From assembly GCA_021851065.1 (NCBI GenBank), contig JAJZJQ010000001.1, forward strand, positions 9,640 through 73,639: a stretch of 64,000 bases of DNA. Reading direction: 5' to 3'. The stretch's first letter is position 1. Each line of letters begins with the position of its first letter. The notes beneath the pieces were generated by a model. That model made no database searches and had not been told where the DNA came from. It worked only from the letters and a program-made list of their open reading frames with translations. The position numbers and the translations under genes are program-made. The DNA is from Candidatus Micrarchaeota archaeon (GTDB taxonomy: Archaea; Micrarchaeota; Micrarchaeia; Micrarchaeales; CABMGC01). Below, piece by piece: positions 62,908 through 64,000 of this stretch.

Positions 62908-64000
62908 CTATGATGGCGTTATAGTTATGTTGTCGATGCCGTATGGGATAGACGTAGTGCCGCCCTGTTGGCTGTAGAATACTATTTCATTGAGTCCCTG
63001 GGACAGGGTCATGTTTACCGCATAGCGCGATGGGACTGCAGATAGCTTAAGCGAAGATGTGGGCGACTGCACATTGTTTAGGTATAGATCCAGGGTAGGG
63101 CTGCCGGTGTAGCTCATCGCCTCAAAGGCCATGGCCACATTCTGGTCCTTTGGCGAGAACACAACAAGCCCAAGAGGACCTTGGCCCCACCACATGTTTC
63201 CCAGAGTCGCATTGCACTGCCCTGGCGCGCACAGCGAGTATCCTGGCGTCCAGTTCCCGACAGTGTAAGAGGCTATGGATTTACCGGCATTCTTGGATAC
63301 TGCCGCCGTAGTGGAGAACATGAACGTAGAGTTTGACTGGTATACGGGCTGGCCGTATGCGCTGCTCAAAAAGCCGTATAGCTGCTCCTGTTCCGTTAGG
63401 TTGTACGCATCCCTTTGCACTGCTATGAACCCTATGTTGTCCTCCGCCATGAAGAGTGTTGTGATGTTAGTGAAATTCTGCTTTATAGGAGAAGGATATA
63501 CTAGCCCGGCACCCTGCTCAAGGTACCACGCAGCAGTTGCTATCGGCACGGAGCTGACAGACATTACCTGGGTAGCGTTCTCCCTGCTGGTATATCCGCC
63601 TACGAGCGGCTTTTTCATTGCAGTAACGTAGTATGTGGCTGTGCCTGTGTATAGGCTTGGAAGAGCAGAGGTATTTGTGAGCGCGGGGAGTATAAGGACT
63701 GAGAAATTGCCTGAAAGCTTGCCTATCTCGCTGTATGCGCTTGGTATGGCCGTTGGAATCGATGAGCTGCCTATATAGGATGGTGTGAGCGGCATGCCAT
63801 TGTATTCTATAAGTATCAATAGGGACACCACCGCAAGATACTTGTAGGTGGTGTTTCTGTCCTTGCCCTCGGTGAGCTTGGCAAAGCCAAAGGCCGCCAT
63901 GATGGCCAGGGCTATTGTGAGCGCGAAGTCGAATCTTCCAGGTTCTCTTATTATATTGAGTATGGGTATGTCTTTATACAGCATGTAGATGGTAGGTATG
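62908..64000 (-). CDS. C-terminal part of a large membrane protein with an extracytoplasmic domain (possibly a GT-C-like glycosyltransferase); 5' end outside the window
   Basis: The reading frame stays open to the window edge upstream of Met 63984; two TM segments, then a ~300-aa Ser/Thr/Tyr/Asn-rich domain with many N-x-S/T sequons. Confidence 0.5.
   Translation of the reverse strand, partial: IPTIYMLYKDIPILNIIREPGRFDFALTIALAIMAAFGFAKLTEGKDRNTTYKYLAVVSLLILIEYNGMPLTPSYIGSSSIPTAIPSAYSEIGKLSGNFSVLILPALTNTSALPSLYTGTATYYVTAMKKPLVGGYTSRENATQVMSVSSVPIATAAWYLEQGAGLVYPSPIKQNFTNITTLFMAEDNIGFIAVQRDAYNLTEQEQLYGFLSSAYGQPVYQSNSTFMFSTTAAVSKNAGKSIASYTVGNWTPGYSLCAPGQCNATLGNMWWGQGPLGLVVFSPKDQNVAMAFEAMSYTGSPTLDLYLNNVQSPTSSLKLSAVPSRYAVNMTLSQGLNEIVFYSQQGGTTSIPYGIDNITITPS

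Noticed and set aside
1-64000. Search by eye for CRISPR arrays, transposases/IS ends, integrases, toxin-antitoxin pairs, rRNA and prophage genes
   Set aside because: None found. The only tandem repeats are the coding YVTN repeats (41975-42700), and no ORF shows DDE/tyrosine-recombinase/Cas motifs. This is a visual survey, not an exhaustive computation.

Overview
This 64-kb window reads as a gene-dense stretch of an archaeal chromosome, not a plasmid or virus. It carries archaeal-type information-processing genes: aEF-1beta, ribosomal eL21/uL30/uL15, the beta-CASP RNases aCPSF1/FttA and aCPSF2, proteasome beta, an XPD-like helicase and A/V-ATPase subunit I. It also carries two tRNAs, Arg-GCG and Tyr-GTA, the latter with a canonical 37/38 intron. 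A/T-rich TATA boxes sit about 25-35 nt upstream of many start codons, so many mRNAs look leaderless. Inside operons there are GGTGA-like Shine-Dalgarno sites and 4-nt start/stop overlaps.

I can support about 60 genes, which fall into these blocks:
1. A bacterial-type uvrB-uvrA-uvrC operon.
2. A metal island: a NiCoT transporter, a PadR::TRASH regulator behind a perfect 23-bp palindrome, a 46-aa TRASH protein missing from the ORF track, and a TRASH-CopA pump.
3. A translation/RNA-processing cluster that includes a single-repeat (half-size) TBP.
4. A uppS / DUF2070-like / polyprenol-kinase operon.
5. A run of orphan membrane-energetics parts. A polytopic-membrane tandem-AAA+ ATPase is translationally coupled to a lone NuoM/MrpD-like proton-channel subunit. 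Nearby are a lone A/V-ATPase subunit I, a TPCP-type P1B ATPase and a lone RnfD/NqrB-like protein.
6. A 1159-aa YVTN-repeat surface protein.
7. A folate-dependent purine-biosynthesis supercluster with an apparent PurS-PurS-PurL fusion and a 541-aa PurM-like protein that seems to carry a duplicated N-domain.

I saw no CRISPR array, transposase, integrase or rRNA.

All family calls come from reading motifs in the supplied translations. Nothing was searched or computed, and start codons are often uncertain by a few codons. The fragmented r-protein cluster, the acidophile-like Ile(ATA)/Arg(AGR) codon usage and the surface-protein type suggest a Thermoplasmata- or DPANN/Micrarchaeota-like archaeon, but that lineage guess is unverified. 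The AAA+/NuoM-like gene pair is my best candidate for an undescribed system.
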